Shown in pieces: positions 37,731-47,002 of a stretch of DNA of 64,000 bases (position 1 is the first letter of the stretch; the number at the start of each line of letters is the position of its first letter). The notes under the pieces were generated by a model that saw only the letters and a program-made list of their open reading frames with translations, ran no database searches and was not told where the DNA came from. The position numbers were made by a program, and so were the translations under genes. Source of the stretch: Acidobacteriota bacterium. Its GTDB lineage: Bacteria > Acidobacteriota > UBA6911 > JACQSX01. The stretch covers positions 42,098-106,097 of the forward strand of contig DASXQR010000228.1 of the NCBI GenBank assembly GCA_036507075.1, written 5' to 3'.

Positions 37731-37991
37731 CCACCGGCCTTTGTGCCGGTGGGAGTGAAGATTCTTCACTACAGTCCTGCCACTTCCGGATGCGCCCCGC
37801 CGGGCTTGCCCCGGCGGATCGCAGGATTGTTCACTGCGAGATTCGAAACCCTTGATTCCCGCCCATCTTTCCGGCCTGGCCTCACAGTGAGCAATCCCTC
37901 GCTCCGCCGGGATGAACCCGGCGGGGGCGCCCACCCCTGGAAGATGGAGCTGTAGTGAAAAATCCCCGTTCCACCGGCACAGGGCCGGTGG
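37731..37991. repeat. 261-bp long imperfect palindrome with two internal REP-like hairpins
   Basis: CCACCGGCCTTTGTGCCGGTGG / CCACCGGCACAGGGCCGGTGG ends; TTCACTACAG / CTGTAGTGAA; CCGCCGGG..CCCGGCGG hairpins; GGATTGTTCACTG / CAGTGAGCAATCC. Confidence 0.8.
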
Positions 37992-38101
37992 GGACGCGAT
38001 CTGAAATGTCCAAACTCCAGCGCCTGCTTCGCGGGCTAAAACCACTCTGCCTTCTTTAGTCGTAAGATCTCTGCCGCTGTCCCGCTCTCCCATTCATCCG
38101 C

Positions 38102-39448
38102 TCACCCGCTCTCCCGCTCGCCCACTCCCCCTCTTCGCGGGCTCCCCCGCTCCCAGGGCTTCGGCTGAACGACACTTCCCGGCATTGCCTTCTGGAGTCC
38201 TTCAACTATGACGCGATCACCGGGCTTGAGTCCTTGCAAGACGACCCAGCGCTCGCCGACTCGCTCGCCGGTCACAATACTGCGCGCCAGGACTTTGTTG
38301 TCGGATCCGACGGTGAGAACGGACTGGAACCCCTGCAACTCCTGCACCGCTCTCTGCGGTACGAGAATCGCGTTTCTGCGGTCTTCCATCCTCATCCGCA
38401 CCTTTCCAAACTGACCGGGAAGGATCGTCTTGTGCGGATTTGGGAATGTTGCTTGAAGCTCTAATGTTCCGGTTTTCGGATCCACCTGATTTACAGCGTT
38501 CTCGACACGCCCTTCATATGGATGCGATTCGCCGTTGGCAAGAACGAGCTGCAAAGCGATCTTCCGATTCTGTTCGCGTTCCATTCGCCGCTGGTAATCA
38601 AAGTACTCGCTTTCGCTCAACTTGAAGCGCACCCAGATAACATCCAGCGGCACGATAGTCGTCAGAGGTTGAGGGGAATTGCGTGTCACAAGGCCACCGA
38701 CCTGGAGAAGGCTGTCGCCGATGCGCCCGCCGATTGGCGCGCGAATGACGGCATACTCCAGATTCAACTCCGCCGATCGAAGCATCGCCTTGTTGGACTC
38801 GACCTGTGCGCCCGTAGTTTCAATTTGGGCTTTCGTTGAAAGGCGTGCCTGTTCGACGTTTGCCTGCTTTGCGCGCACGTTCGCCTGGTTGGCCTGCAAG
38901 GCGGCCAGCGCATTATCGAGGTCCTGCCGTGCAGCGGCATCTTCCTTGACAAGCGGACGCAGACGATCGACATCTTGCGTGGCTTTCAAAAGATTGGCCT
39001 GAGCTTGTGCAAGGTCCGCTTCCGCCTGCAGGAGGGCTACCTGGCGACGCGCGAACTCCTGGTTGGCTTCAGTCTGCGCGAGGTCCCCTTTAGCCCTTTG
39101 TACCTCGGCCTGATACGGACGGAGATCAAGAATGTATAAAGGCTCGCCCGCCTTCACATCCGAGCCGACCTGAAACAACCGTCTTTCAATGTACCCGTCT
39201 ACACGACCCCGCACCTCGACCATGTCACGTGCGAACGTCTGCGCCGCATATTCCTTATAGATAGGCGTGTCTTCCAGATTGACCGAGATGACGGAGACCG
39301 GAGGCGGCGGCGGTTTCGTGGCAGCACTCGAGGTGCCCGCACAAGACTGGCATAGAAGCGCCGCCAGGGCGAGGCACAAAAAGATTCCGATTTTTGGCAG
39401 GATCCGCTTGCTTACGCGCGCGGTTCGGATCTGGGCAGCAATCACCAT
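38102..39448 (-). CDS. RND efflux periplasmic adaptor (MFP)
   Basis: VEVRGRVDGYI, IRAPIGGRIG, VDPKTGTL, LPGQFG, GLKPGDRVIVEG; start uncertain (39448 or 39628). Confidence 0.92.
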   Translation of the reverse strand: MVIAAQIRTARVSKRILPKIGIFLCLALAALLCQSCAGTSSAATKPPPPPVSVISVNLEDTPIYKEYAAQTFARDMVEVRGRVDGYIERRLFQVGSDVKAGEPLYILDLRPYQAEVQRAKGDLAQTEANQEFARRQVALLQAEADLAQAQANLLKATQDVDRLRPLVKEDAAARQDLDNALAALQANQANVRAKQANVEQARLSTKAQIETTGAQVESNKAMLRSAELNLEYAVIRAPIGGRIGDSLLQVGGLVTRNSPQPLTTIVPLDVIWVRFKLSESEYFDYQRRMEREQNRKIALQLVLANGESHPYEGRVENAVNQVDPKTGTLELQATFPNPHKTILPGQFGKVRMRMEDRRNAILVPQRAVQELQGFQSVLTVGSDNKVLARSIVTGERVGERWVVLQGLKPGDRVIVEGLQKAMPGSVVQPKPWERGSPRRGGVGERESG

Positions 39449-39649
39449 CTGAGAACCCACACCCTCGCGCGTGTTATGTACAAGGGTGTCGAACCTCGGT
39501 GGGGTTGAGGTGTTTGTATGAGAATGGGGCGGGATTGAAATGCGGCTGAGCAGCACGACAATTCTACCGTGCTGCCTGTCGCACTTCGTATTTGGGCTCC
39601 AGGGTCGGGTGTGGGTGCTTGTCAACATAGGTCATTCCTCGAAGTGACA

Positions 39650-39949
39650 TCAACAGTCTGTTTGCTCCGATCTGTTGTTTTCGTATGTCTGTTCTAAAAT
39701 GTCTTGGATCATCCAACTGCACGCCACCAAACTGACTCCTTCGCGGTGCATCAACCGCAACAGATACCGTCCGGCTTGATCGATGCAGGTCACGCCCTTC
39801 AGATCCACCCGAAACTGCCGGTTCGCGTCGCCAACCCTTGCGGCTTGCCAGCATTGTTCCAACTCGGCAACCCACGCTCCGGATAATCGCCCTTCGATCT
39901 GGAGGGTAAGTTGACCGTCGATTTCGTGGACTTGAAACCGCGCACTCAT
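39650..39949 (-). CDS. STAS-like domain protein
   Basis: LQIEGRLSGAWVAELEQCW, VDLKGVTCIDQAGRYLL. Confidence 0.78.
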   Translation of the reverse strand: MSARFQVHEIDGQLTLQIEGRLSGAWVAELEQCWQAARVGDANRQFRVDLKGVTCIDQAGRYLLRLMHREGVSLVACSWMIQDILEQTYENNRSEQTDC

Positions 39950-40049
39950 ATTGATTGTGATTGCACTTCCTGGGCCAAACACGAGGGTCTCAGGATGTGA
40001 TGGGAATCGTGTGACTTAGGAAAACACCAGGAAAGTGCTGCCGAACAGT

Positions 40050-40066
40050 TGCTACCGGGATGCCGG
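40050..40066 (-). promoter_or_regulatory. Possible sigma54 promoter for STAS-RND operon
   Basis: CCGGCATCCCGGTAGCA, GG-N10-GC spacing, 100 nt upstream of the STAS ATG. Confidence 0.35.
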
Positions 40067-40270
40067 CACTTGCCAGCATTTCGGCATCAGCCTCGGCGGC
40101 TCTATGTGCGCGGTGACCATTCCCAACACCATCAGGCGGCCACGATGCAGCCGGGTTTTCACGCTGGCATCCAGCGCAGCTTCATCTCCGCCTCTCATTC
40201 TTTGCGCCAAAACACCATCCGAATCGCCTGGCAGTGATCGAATCGCCATATTGGCATACTCGTTTTTCAT
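40052..40270 (-). pseudogene. Possible ECF sigma N-terminal fragment
   Basis: AGGAG RBS; SDGVLAQRMRGGDEAALDA resembles the helix preceding ECF region 2; no regions 2/4 follow. Confidence 0.35.
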
Positions 40271-40297
40271 TTCATTCCACTCCTGGCCGCTCGCCTC

Positions 40298-40468
40298 TTA
40301 TCGCGGATAGTGCTCTAATGTTTTTCTCGAACTGACATGACCCTGAGCCTCGATCGCTGACTTCGCCCTCTCCCAGATCCAGACCACCAAAGCGCCGCTG
40401 GCCAAAGGGATGAAGAGAAGAAACGAGGCGATTAAAACCAAAAACAAGATTCCAAGTAAGTCGTACAT
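40298..40468 (-). CDS. Small membrane protein (56 aa), paralog of 4885-5058
   Basis: MYDLLGILFLVLIASFLLFIPLASGALVVWIWER...; GAGGAGG RBS. Confidence 0.75.
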   Translation of the reverse strand: MYDLLGILFLVLIASFLLFIPLASGALVVWIWERAKSAIEAQGHVSSRKTLEHYPR

Positions 40469-40538
40469 AAGTCCTCCTCGCATCAGGTCAGCGGGCCCTT
40501 TAATCTCTCCGCTCCTGCCTGGTTACACTTTGGCAATT

Positions 40539-40555
40539 AGCAATTTTTTGGCCTG
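40539..40555 (-). promoter_or_regulatory. Putative sigma54 promoter
   Basis: CAGGCCAAAAAATTGCT, GG-N10-GC with TTGCT -12 box, 70 nt upstream of the small ORF. Confidence 0.45.
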
Positions 40556-40712
40556 AATGAAGGGGTGCGCCTTACCCCCAGTCAAATAGTGGGCGCAGCG
40601 AGAGATAGAGAAGCAGCGATTCTTCGTGCAAAGTGGGAGTGCCAAGCTGGCAGTGACAACAGGTTGGCGGGGGCCAACGGGCTGGCACGGGCTGAGAACG
40701 TGAGAAAAAGCT

Positions 40713-40909
40713 TGAACCGCCAAGAACGCGAAGAACGCTAAGAATTTTCCTTTTCAGTCCGGCAGTTCAAATGCTACTGAACTGTACACGTGACACTTCT
40801 TCAGAACTTTCAATTGCTTGCAGTCAGCCGGTTGTTCGGACCCATGATGAGCTTACGTTCTTGGCGTTCTTCGCGGTTCAAGCTTTTTGAATTTATTCAC
40901 AGGTTCTGA
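40713..40909. mobile_element. 197-bp MITE-like element, copy 2
   Basis: Reverse complement of 26511-26707 with scattered substitutions. Confidence 0.78.
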
Positions 40910-40944
40910 CGCCCGCCGTACTGGCTGCGGGGAACTTGGCTTAG

Positions 40945-43053
40945 TCACCTGAGCGGGCGGGCGATGCCGAGTTTCTGCATCCGAAACTGAAGCGTCGAGC
41001 GCTTTATCCCGAGGCGCGCGGCTGCGCCATTCGGTCCGGCGACGACCCACTTGGTTTCTTCCAGAACAGCCAGGATATGCTTCCTCTCGGCCTCGCTGAG
41101 GGTGTCCTGCTTGTGGGAGCCGGGAGACGCAGAACGACGCGTAAGCTCAGCAAGGGGTACTTTCAACACCGCTCCTGCAGAAAGTATTACGGCGCGTTCG
41201 ATAAGATTCTGGATCTCTCGAATATTCCCGGGCCAGTCATACCGAATCAGAACATTCATCGTTTCTGAGGGAATCGTATCGATGCTCTTGTTCATACGGC
41301 GGTTGAACTGCTGAACAAAATGCCGGACCAGCAGAGGGATGTCCTCCTGGCGCTCACGCAGAGGAGGCACATGAACGGGAAAGACATTCAAGCGATAGAA
41401 GAGATCGGCGCGGAACGTCTGCTGTTCTACCAGAGCGGCAAGGTCGCGATTGGTAGCCGCGATCAGACGTGAATCCGTCCGGAGTGTGCGCGTGCTTCCG
41501 AGTCGCTCGAATTCCCGTTCCTGCAGCACGCGCAAGAGTTTGGGCTGGAGTTCGAGTGGAATCTCTCCGATTTCATCCAGAAAGACCGTCCCGCGGTCCG
41601 CCAGTTCAAAACGGCCGATACGCTGGCTGATTGCTCCCGTGAAAGCGCCCTTCTCGTGCCCGAAGAGTTCACTTTCCAGCAGACCGGTAGGAATTGCGGC
41701 ACAGTTTAATTTGACGAAGGCATTTCCCCGCCGGGTGCTGAGATTGTGGATCGCTCGCGCTAGCAACTCCTTTCCGGTGCCGGTCTCTCCGTAGATCAAA
41801 ACAGTTGAATCCGTCGGCGCAACGGTCTCAATTTCATGCAGGATCTTGCGAAGCGCCTGGCTGCGCCCGATGATCTCCTCGAAACCCTGCTCGCTGCGGA
41901 TTTCATCTTCCAGATACAGCTTCTCGCGCGCGAGCTTTTCCTTAAGATCAGCAATCTGACCATACGCGAGCGCGTTCTCGACGGCAATTGCTACCTGGCT
42001 TGCAACCTGTGCAAGGAAATCGACTTCGTCCTGGGTGAATGCATTCTCCTGAAGTCTGGCGAGACCCAAAATACCCAAAACCCGATCTCGGCTGATAAGA
42101 GGCAGGACACAGGTGGATTTGAGACCCTCGGCCAGAGGTGGATCGGTCTCCAGGCTGAACTGAGGCAGGTCGCGGATATTACCGGCCAGGAGCTTGCCAG
42201 TGCGAAAGACCGTACCAGGAAGCGATTCCCACGGAAGCAACATCTCCTCCTGGATGAATCCCTTGCTTCCCGGAAAGTCCAACGCGTGGACTCGCATCCG
42301 GTTGCTCTCCGAATCCGGCAATGCCACCCCGACGAGATCACATTGCATCAGGCGCCGGACGCTTGCCGAGACGGCCCGAAGGAGGTCACGAAACTCCAGG
42401 TTCGAGACAAGACTGTTGGTCAAATCAAGGAGCAGCTTCAGGCGATCATTCTTGTTCTGTAACTCGGCTTGCGCACGCTGCGACGCCTCAAAATTCAACG
42501 CGTCATCAATCGCAAGCGCAAGCTGGTCGGCAACGAGTGAGAGAAAGCGGATCTCCTCGTCGGGATAGGCGTCGCCAAGTTCGCTGCCACAAACGAGGCT
42601 TCCGAGCCGACGATGAACGGTCTTCAGGGGAAGCGTGCAAGCCGAGTGAATCCCCTGCTTTTTAAGAAAATTCATCGTGCGAGCAAAACGGGTCTCTTGA
42701 TCCACGAATGGAATTACCAGTGGCTGCTGATGCTGATACACCCAGCAGTTCATCGTCTCCTCCGGCGCAACGTCGGGCAAAACCGGAACGTCAGGCTGGT
42801 TTGACAGGAGCACCTGCCGGCATTTCTCCTTCCCCATCTCGTCGCAGACGTAGAAGACGACGAAGTCAGATGTGGTAACGCGCCGCAGTTCGTTCTCTAG
42901 AACGCGGAACAGTTCCTTCAGATCGCGTTGCACGCTGATAGCCTGCGAGACGCGGAAGAGTGCCTCGTAACGCGCGGAGAGTGACGGCTGTGCCTCTGTG
43001 TGAGGCGGAAGACTGATAGCGCTGGTAACTTCAGCTCGGTCTGTATGGTTCAT
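40945..43053 (-). CDS. Sigma54-dependent activator, FhlA-like (GAF-GAF-AAA+-HTH)
   Basis: GETGTGKE, ESELFGHEKGAFTGA, FLDEIGE, WPGNIRE, C-terminal AAARLGIKRSTL HTH. Confidence 0.93.
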   Translation of the reverse strand: MNHTDRAEVTSAISLPPHTEAQPSLSARYEALFRVSQAISVQRDLKELFRVLENELRRVTTSDFVVFYVCDEMGKEKCRQVLLSNQPDVPVLPDVAPEETMNCWVYQHQQPLVIPFVDQETRFARTMNFLKKQGIHSACTLPLKTVHRRLGSLVCGSELGDAYPDEEIRFLSLVADQLALAIDDALNFEASQRAQAELQNKNDRLKLLLDLTNSLVSNLEFRDLLRAVSASVRRLMQCDLVGVALPDSESNRMRVHALDFPGSKGFIQEEMLLPWESLPGTVFRTGKLLAGNIRDLPQFSLETDPPLAEGLKSTCVLPLISRDRVLGILGLARLQENAFTQDEVDFLAQVASQVAIAVENALAYGQIADLKEKLAREKLYLEDEIRSEQGFEEIIGRSQALRKILHEIETVAPTDSTVLIYGETGTGKELLARAIHNLSTRRGNAFVKLNCAAIPTGLLESELFGHEKGAFTGAISQRIGRFELADRGTVFLDEIGEIPLELQPKLLRVLQEREFERLGSTRTLRTDSRLIAATNRDLAALVEQQTFRADLFYRLNVFPVHVPPLRERQEDIPLLVRHFVQQFNRRMNKSIDTIPSETMNVLIRYDWPGNIREIQNLIERAVILSAGAVLKVPLAELTRRSASPGSHKQDTLSEAERKHILAVLEETKWVVAGPNGAAARLGIKRSTLQFRMQKLGIARPLR

Positions 43054-43107
43054 AGGCTGTATGATTCACGAATGAACAGTCATTCCAAAAAAGGGAGATC
43101 ACTCAAA

Positions 43108-43548
43108 TTAGATGGTACAAAGCCGAGTGAGAAACTCACCAAGTTGTGTTCGGTCTGACTCAGGAAGGCATTCCATTAGCTGTTTCTCGGCTACAGTTAT
43201 TGCCCGATCTGCAGTTTCATAGCGGCGTCGCCCTTCGTCGGTAATAGCTGCCAATATGCTCCGTCGGTCCTCCTGGTCATCGACTCGTCTGACCAAGCCT
43301 TCAGCTTCAAGACGATCAACAACCTGGGTTACATTCGATTTGACACAGGCAAGCCGCTCGGCAAGTCGGCTGAGTGGCAATGCCTCACCAGCTTGGATTA
43401 AATGATGTAATACCGCGAACTTAGAGAGAGAAAGTCCCGTTTCGCCCAGAACTGTTTCAAGCCTCAACTCCACTGTCCCCGCCGTGCGCAGAAGCAGTAC
43501 CCATAATGGCAGTTGGCCGTGACCTCCCTTCCCGCCATATTCGTTCAT
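43108..43548 (-). CDS. MarR family transcriptional regulator
   Basis: LSKFAVL, SNVTQVVDRLEAEGLVRR, DRRS...ITDEG. Confidence 0.9.
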   Translation of the reverse strand: MNEYGGKGGHGQLPLWVLLLRTAGTVELRLETVLGETGLSLSKFAVLHHLIQAGEALPLSRLAERLACVKSNVTQVVDRLEAEGLVRRVDDQEDRRSILAAITDEGRRRYETADRAITVAEKQLMECLPESDRTQLGEFLTRLCTI

Positions 43549-43554
43549 TACTGA

Positions 43555-43583
43555 ACTGTACTTAGATGAACAACTACTGTCAA
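43555..43583 (-). promoter_or_regulatory. Sigma70 promoter of marR (likely leaderless)
   Basis: TTGACA-N17-TACAGT ending 6 nt before the ATG; no Shine-Dalgarno. Confidence 0.7.
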
Positions 43584-43590
43584 GTCGAAA

Positions 43591-43748
43591 TTGGGGAAGT
43601 CACTAATTTGGGGACTAATTTGGGGACGACGAATTTGGGGACGACGAATTTGGGGACTGACTAATTTGGGGGACTGTCCCTCTTTTAAATAGCGACTGTC
43701 CCTCTTTTAATCTGGGGACTGATTCTCAATGGGGACTGTCCCTCTTTA
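43591..43748. repeat. AATTTGGGGAC / GGGGACTGTCCC repeat cluster
   Basis: About eight TGGGGAC units in tandem. Confidence 0.85.
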
Positions 43749-45668
43749 ATTGACCACCAAGGCACCAGGCGGAGGAAGGTTACCAGTTGATTCGCAGCAC
43801 GATCTGGCCCAGTCGGCCGCCGGGATCCTGCGTGTTGGACGAGTCCGTGTACGCCTGGGTCACTTGCATGAAGGTCTGGCTGGTAGGGCCGGTGAAGGCG
43901 GCGCCTGTAGGGTTGAAGAAGTTGACGTTGTTGAAGGCATTCAGGAACTCGCCGCGCAACTCAACATTGACACGCTCTGTGATATTGACCCTCTTTACGA
44001 TGCTCAAATCAATGCGCGTAAACATGGGGCCGGTAACAAAGACGTTCTGCGGGGCGCATTGGCCGCTGTACACCTGGATGCAATCCGGCCCGTTGGCCGG
44101 CGCGATGTAGCGTCCCGTGGGCGCACCGCGCGAGCCATAGCCGGTCGACGAAGTCGCGCTCGTGCTGAAGGCCCGGATGGTGTTGTCAATGATGTCCTGC
44201 GGCAGGATGTAAACGATCTTGGCCGCGTCATCAAATCGCAGCTTGTAGAACTTCTGCAGGTCCTTCATCGTCATGCCGACCAGCCTTACGCTACCGAAGT
44301 TAAACAACTGACCGCTCTGAACGCGGCCCGCGCCGTGGAATTCCCAGCCACCGATGATGCGGTTGAGCACACTGCCGGTATTGCCCAGCAGCGCATGACC
44401 CGGGCCAATCGGCAGCTCGTAGACCCAGTTGACCTTGAGTGCATGTTTCACGGTATTGGTATCAAGACCGTTGATGCGCGGCGCACGGAAGGAGACCCGC
44501 TGCGAACTGAAGGCTTTGGCGAATTGGTAATTGCCTTGCAGCAATAATCCGTTCGACAGGCGCCGGCGCAGTTCTACTTGCAGCCCATCATAGCGAGTAT
44601 AACCGCCATTGCCGGTGAAAATGGCGCCGCCCCGGAGGTTCGGATTGGTCAGCATAAAATTTGCCGGCAAACCAGCCCTCAAAGCATTGGCGCGAAACGT
44701 CGCGCTGTTATCCATAACACCGGAAAAGCTTGTTGTGGTGCTGCAACACACGTTGGGGTTGTTCAAGGCCAGAGAGTTCACAAAAGTGCTGCTGGTGAAT
44801 TGGTTGGATGTGTACCTGGACGGATCGCTTGCTTGAGCCGCCGGGATCCCGCTGAAGTACGCGAGTGCGATCGGCAGAGGTGAAGTGCCAGGCGCAGCGG
44901 TATAGGCGAAGGTATTGCCTCTGCCGGCTGCAATATTGGCCCGCAAGTTGGCTTGCGCCAGCTTGAACTCATTGAGCAACCCATTCTCGAGGATGTTGTT
45001 CTCGACTGAGTTGAGATTGTAATCGGTCCAACCTCGCAGGTTGCGAGTGCCGATATAACGTACCTCGATCGCCATGTCTTTGCTGATCTCTCGCTGGATG
45101 CCGAAGGTCCAGGACTGAGAATACGGCACTCTGATGTTGGGATCGTAGATATTGACCGAGTCTGTGATCGCGCCAATGAGCGGATAGTTCGGCTTGCCCA
45201 GGAACGTAGGCGGGCCGAGCCGGCCGGTTTCGCGCAGCAAGACCGGCAGCCTGTCGTTGCCTTGATTAAAGTTCAGAACGCTGGCGGTAGGGTTGAAGCG
45301 CGACGGTCCCCCTGAGAGTCCGGCGCGCGCTTCGTTGACGAGCATCGAACTCACGGTCGAACGCAGCCCGATAGAAGCGGTATAACGGTCCGCAGGCTGG
45401 CTGCCCTGGTTCGGGAAACCTGGAAACTTAGGCTCTACGTTATTGAGGAAATCTGGACCGCCTCTGCCCTGCAGATACGTCCAGCCGGTCTCCAGATGAT
45501 GCTTCAGTCAGATTGACGTCGAAGCGAACCGTTGGGCGCTTGCTCTCGGTCTTGCCGCTGGGGTTGTAGGTGTACCGCTGCAAATTAGGGTAATAATATA
45601 CTTGACTGACCAAGCCTGTTAGCGCTACCTTCTTGATTGGCGGTGCAAACCGCCAGAGAGGAGGTGCC

Positions 45669-45794
45669 ATGACCAAGTTAATAACTTGGCTAATGTTCAT
45701 CCGCCTTCCGGGGCCGCCTGTTGCCCGCTCTTTCTACGCGGTGCTGAAGGAGCGCGTTGGGCGTCGAAAAAACGCGCTTGGGGATTCGGTTTGA
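45669..45794 (+). CDS. Possible 41-aa peptide inside IS
   Basis: GGAGGT RBS then MTKLITWLMFIRLPGPPVARSFYAVLKERVGRRKNALGDSV; hairpin GGCGGT-GCAA-ACCGCC just upstream. Confidence 0.35.
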   Translation: MTKLITWLMFIRLPGPPVARSFYAVLKERVGRRKNALGDSV

Positions 45795-45849
45795 TTTACA
45801 AACAGAATCTTGCTCCCCGGTTACTTCCCCCTTGCTCTCAGCGAACCTA

Positions 45850-46683
45850 ATGTCCGGGCCATTTGGGACATGCTGGGAGCGCATCGACCGCGCACAATCC
45901 CACAGCGAAACCATCGCCCAGACTTGGAACGCTTTTGCTCATAAGGAAGAGGAACCCCCGTATGAAGCAAACGCCTACGTGCACGACGATGGGACAGGGA
46001 GCATCTGGGTCGAGCAAATCCTCCCCATTCCATTGCAAATCCCGCTCCTGCTTGGCGAGTTCATGTATCAATTGCGCGCTACTCTGGACACCTGTGTTTA
46101 CGAGGCGGCCTGCTTGAATACCGGCCAGCGCCCGCCCCCCGATGAGAACCAATTGGGGTTTCCGATCTGCTGCAAAGGTCGACCGCAGTTCGATAGTTCC
46201 AGACGGAAGATCGCGCCACTCACGGAGCAACAGCGGAATATCATCGAGTCGGTACAACCGTACAACGCTCCGGAACTCTCGCCACACCACATTCCGTTCA
46301 ACTTCAATCTTGGACTCGGCCTGCTCAATGAATGGGCGCGGATAGACCGCCATCGCAAGCTCCACGTTGCGGCATCCTGGGCTTCCAACATCGTCCCATT
46401 GCTCCAAATTCCGCCTGGTACACGACTCGTCGAGTTCCAAGTTCCGCACGGAATGTTCATGTTGAAAGATCAAGGCGTAGTTGCTACATTTCGCATCGAG
46501 GGTTGGCAGCACGGCATGAAGGTATACGCAAATCCCAATCTCACCCTCGACATAGTCGTTGACGAGGTTCCGTTGCCGCGCCACGATGTGGACACCCTTG
46601 CAAACCGACTCCTTTGCATGCGGAAGGCGGTCTGGTGCGTCGTTGCCAGCATCGCTAACACCTTCGGCTTCGAGCCGCCATAG
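45850..46683 (+). CDS. IS passenger hypothetical protein (possibly HEPN-like)
   Basis: 277-aa ORF; GEFMYQLRATLD and LNEWARIDRHRKLH helical motifs. Confidence 0.7.
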   Translation: MSGPFGTCWERIDRAQSHSETIAQTWNAFAHKEEEPPYEANAYVHDDGTGSIWVEQILPIPLQIPLLLGEFMYQLRATLDTCVYEAACLNTGQRPPPDENQLGFPICCKGRPQFDSSRRKIAPLTEQQRNIIESVQPYNAPELSPHHIPFNFNLGLGLLNEWARIDRHRKLHVAASWASNIVPLLQIPPGTRLVEFQVPHGMFMLKDQGVVATFRIEGWQHGMKVYANPNLTLDIVVDEVPLPRHDVDTLANRLLCMRKAVWCVVASIANTFGFEPP

Positions 46684-46807
46684 CAGATCATTGTTAGCAG
46701 CCACCCAAAGTCCAGTGTGAGATTTTTTTACAGAAAAACCAGACACCTGTGCTTTCCGTCCTTTCCGTCGCTCGTGATACACTGCGATTTAGGACGGGGA
46801 GGAACTT

Positions 46808-46960
46808 ATGAAAGGTCGCGCCGAAATGCATGAAGGCCGGGAAGCATTCAGTCGCTTTCGCGACGCGATTAAGCAGATTCTGTCCGTACCAAAAAACTCA
46901 CTACCTGTCAGAACCAAACGGAAAACGAAAAAGAAGAGTCGGCAACCCACGAAGGGCTAA
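46808..46960 (+). CDS. Small basic protein (50 aa) convergent with transposase
   Basis: GGAGG RBS; MKGRAEMHEGREAFSRFRDAIKQILSVPKNSLPVRTKRKTKKKSRQPTKG. Confidence 0.55.
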   Translation: MKGRAEMHEGREAFSRFRDAIKQILSVPKNSLPVRTKRKTKKKSRQPTKG

Positions 46961-47002
46961 CCAACTTTCCGTTTTCCTCGCTTCTCTCGATTACGTTCCA
47001 TT

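Noticed and set aside
37820..37900. TTCGAA T-loop-like sequence suggesting a tRNA
   Set aside because: No cloverleaf; it is the loop region of the long palindrome.
37725..38093. 122-aa ORF between adaptor and SDR
   Set aside because: Lies across the palindrome, no recognisable motifs.
40627..40644. TGGCAC...TTGCA sigma54-like motif on minus strand
   Set aside because: Spacer is 7 nt rather than the strict 5 nt.
43591..43748. CRISPR-like spaced repeats (also 49395-49464, 7781-7839)
   Set aside because: Units are 11-21 nt with no unique 30-40 nt spacers and no cas genes.
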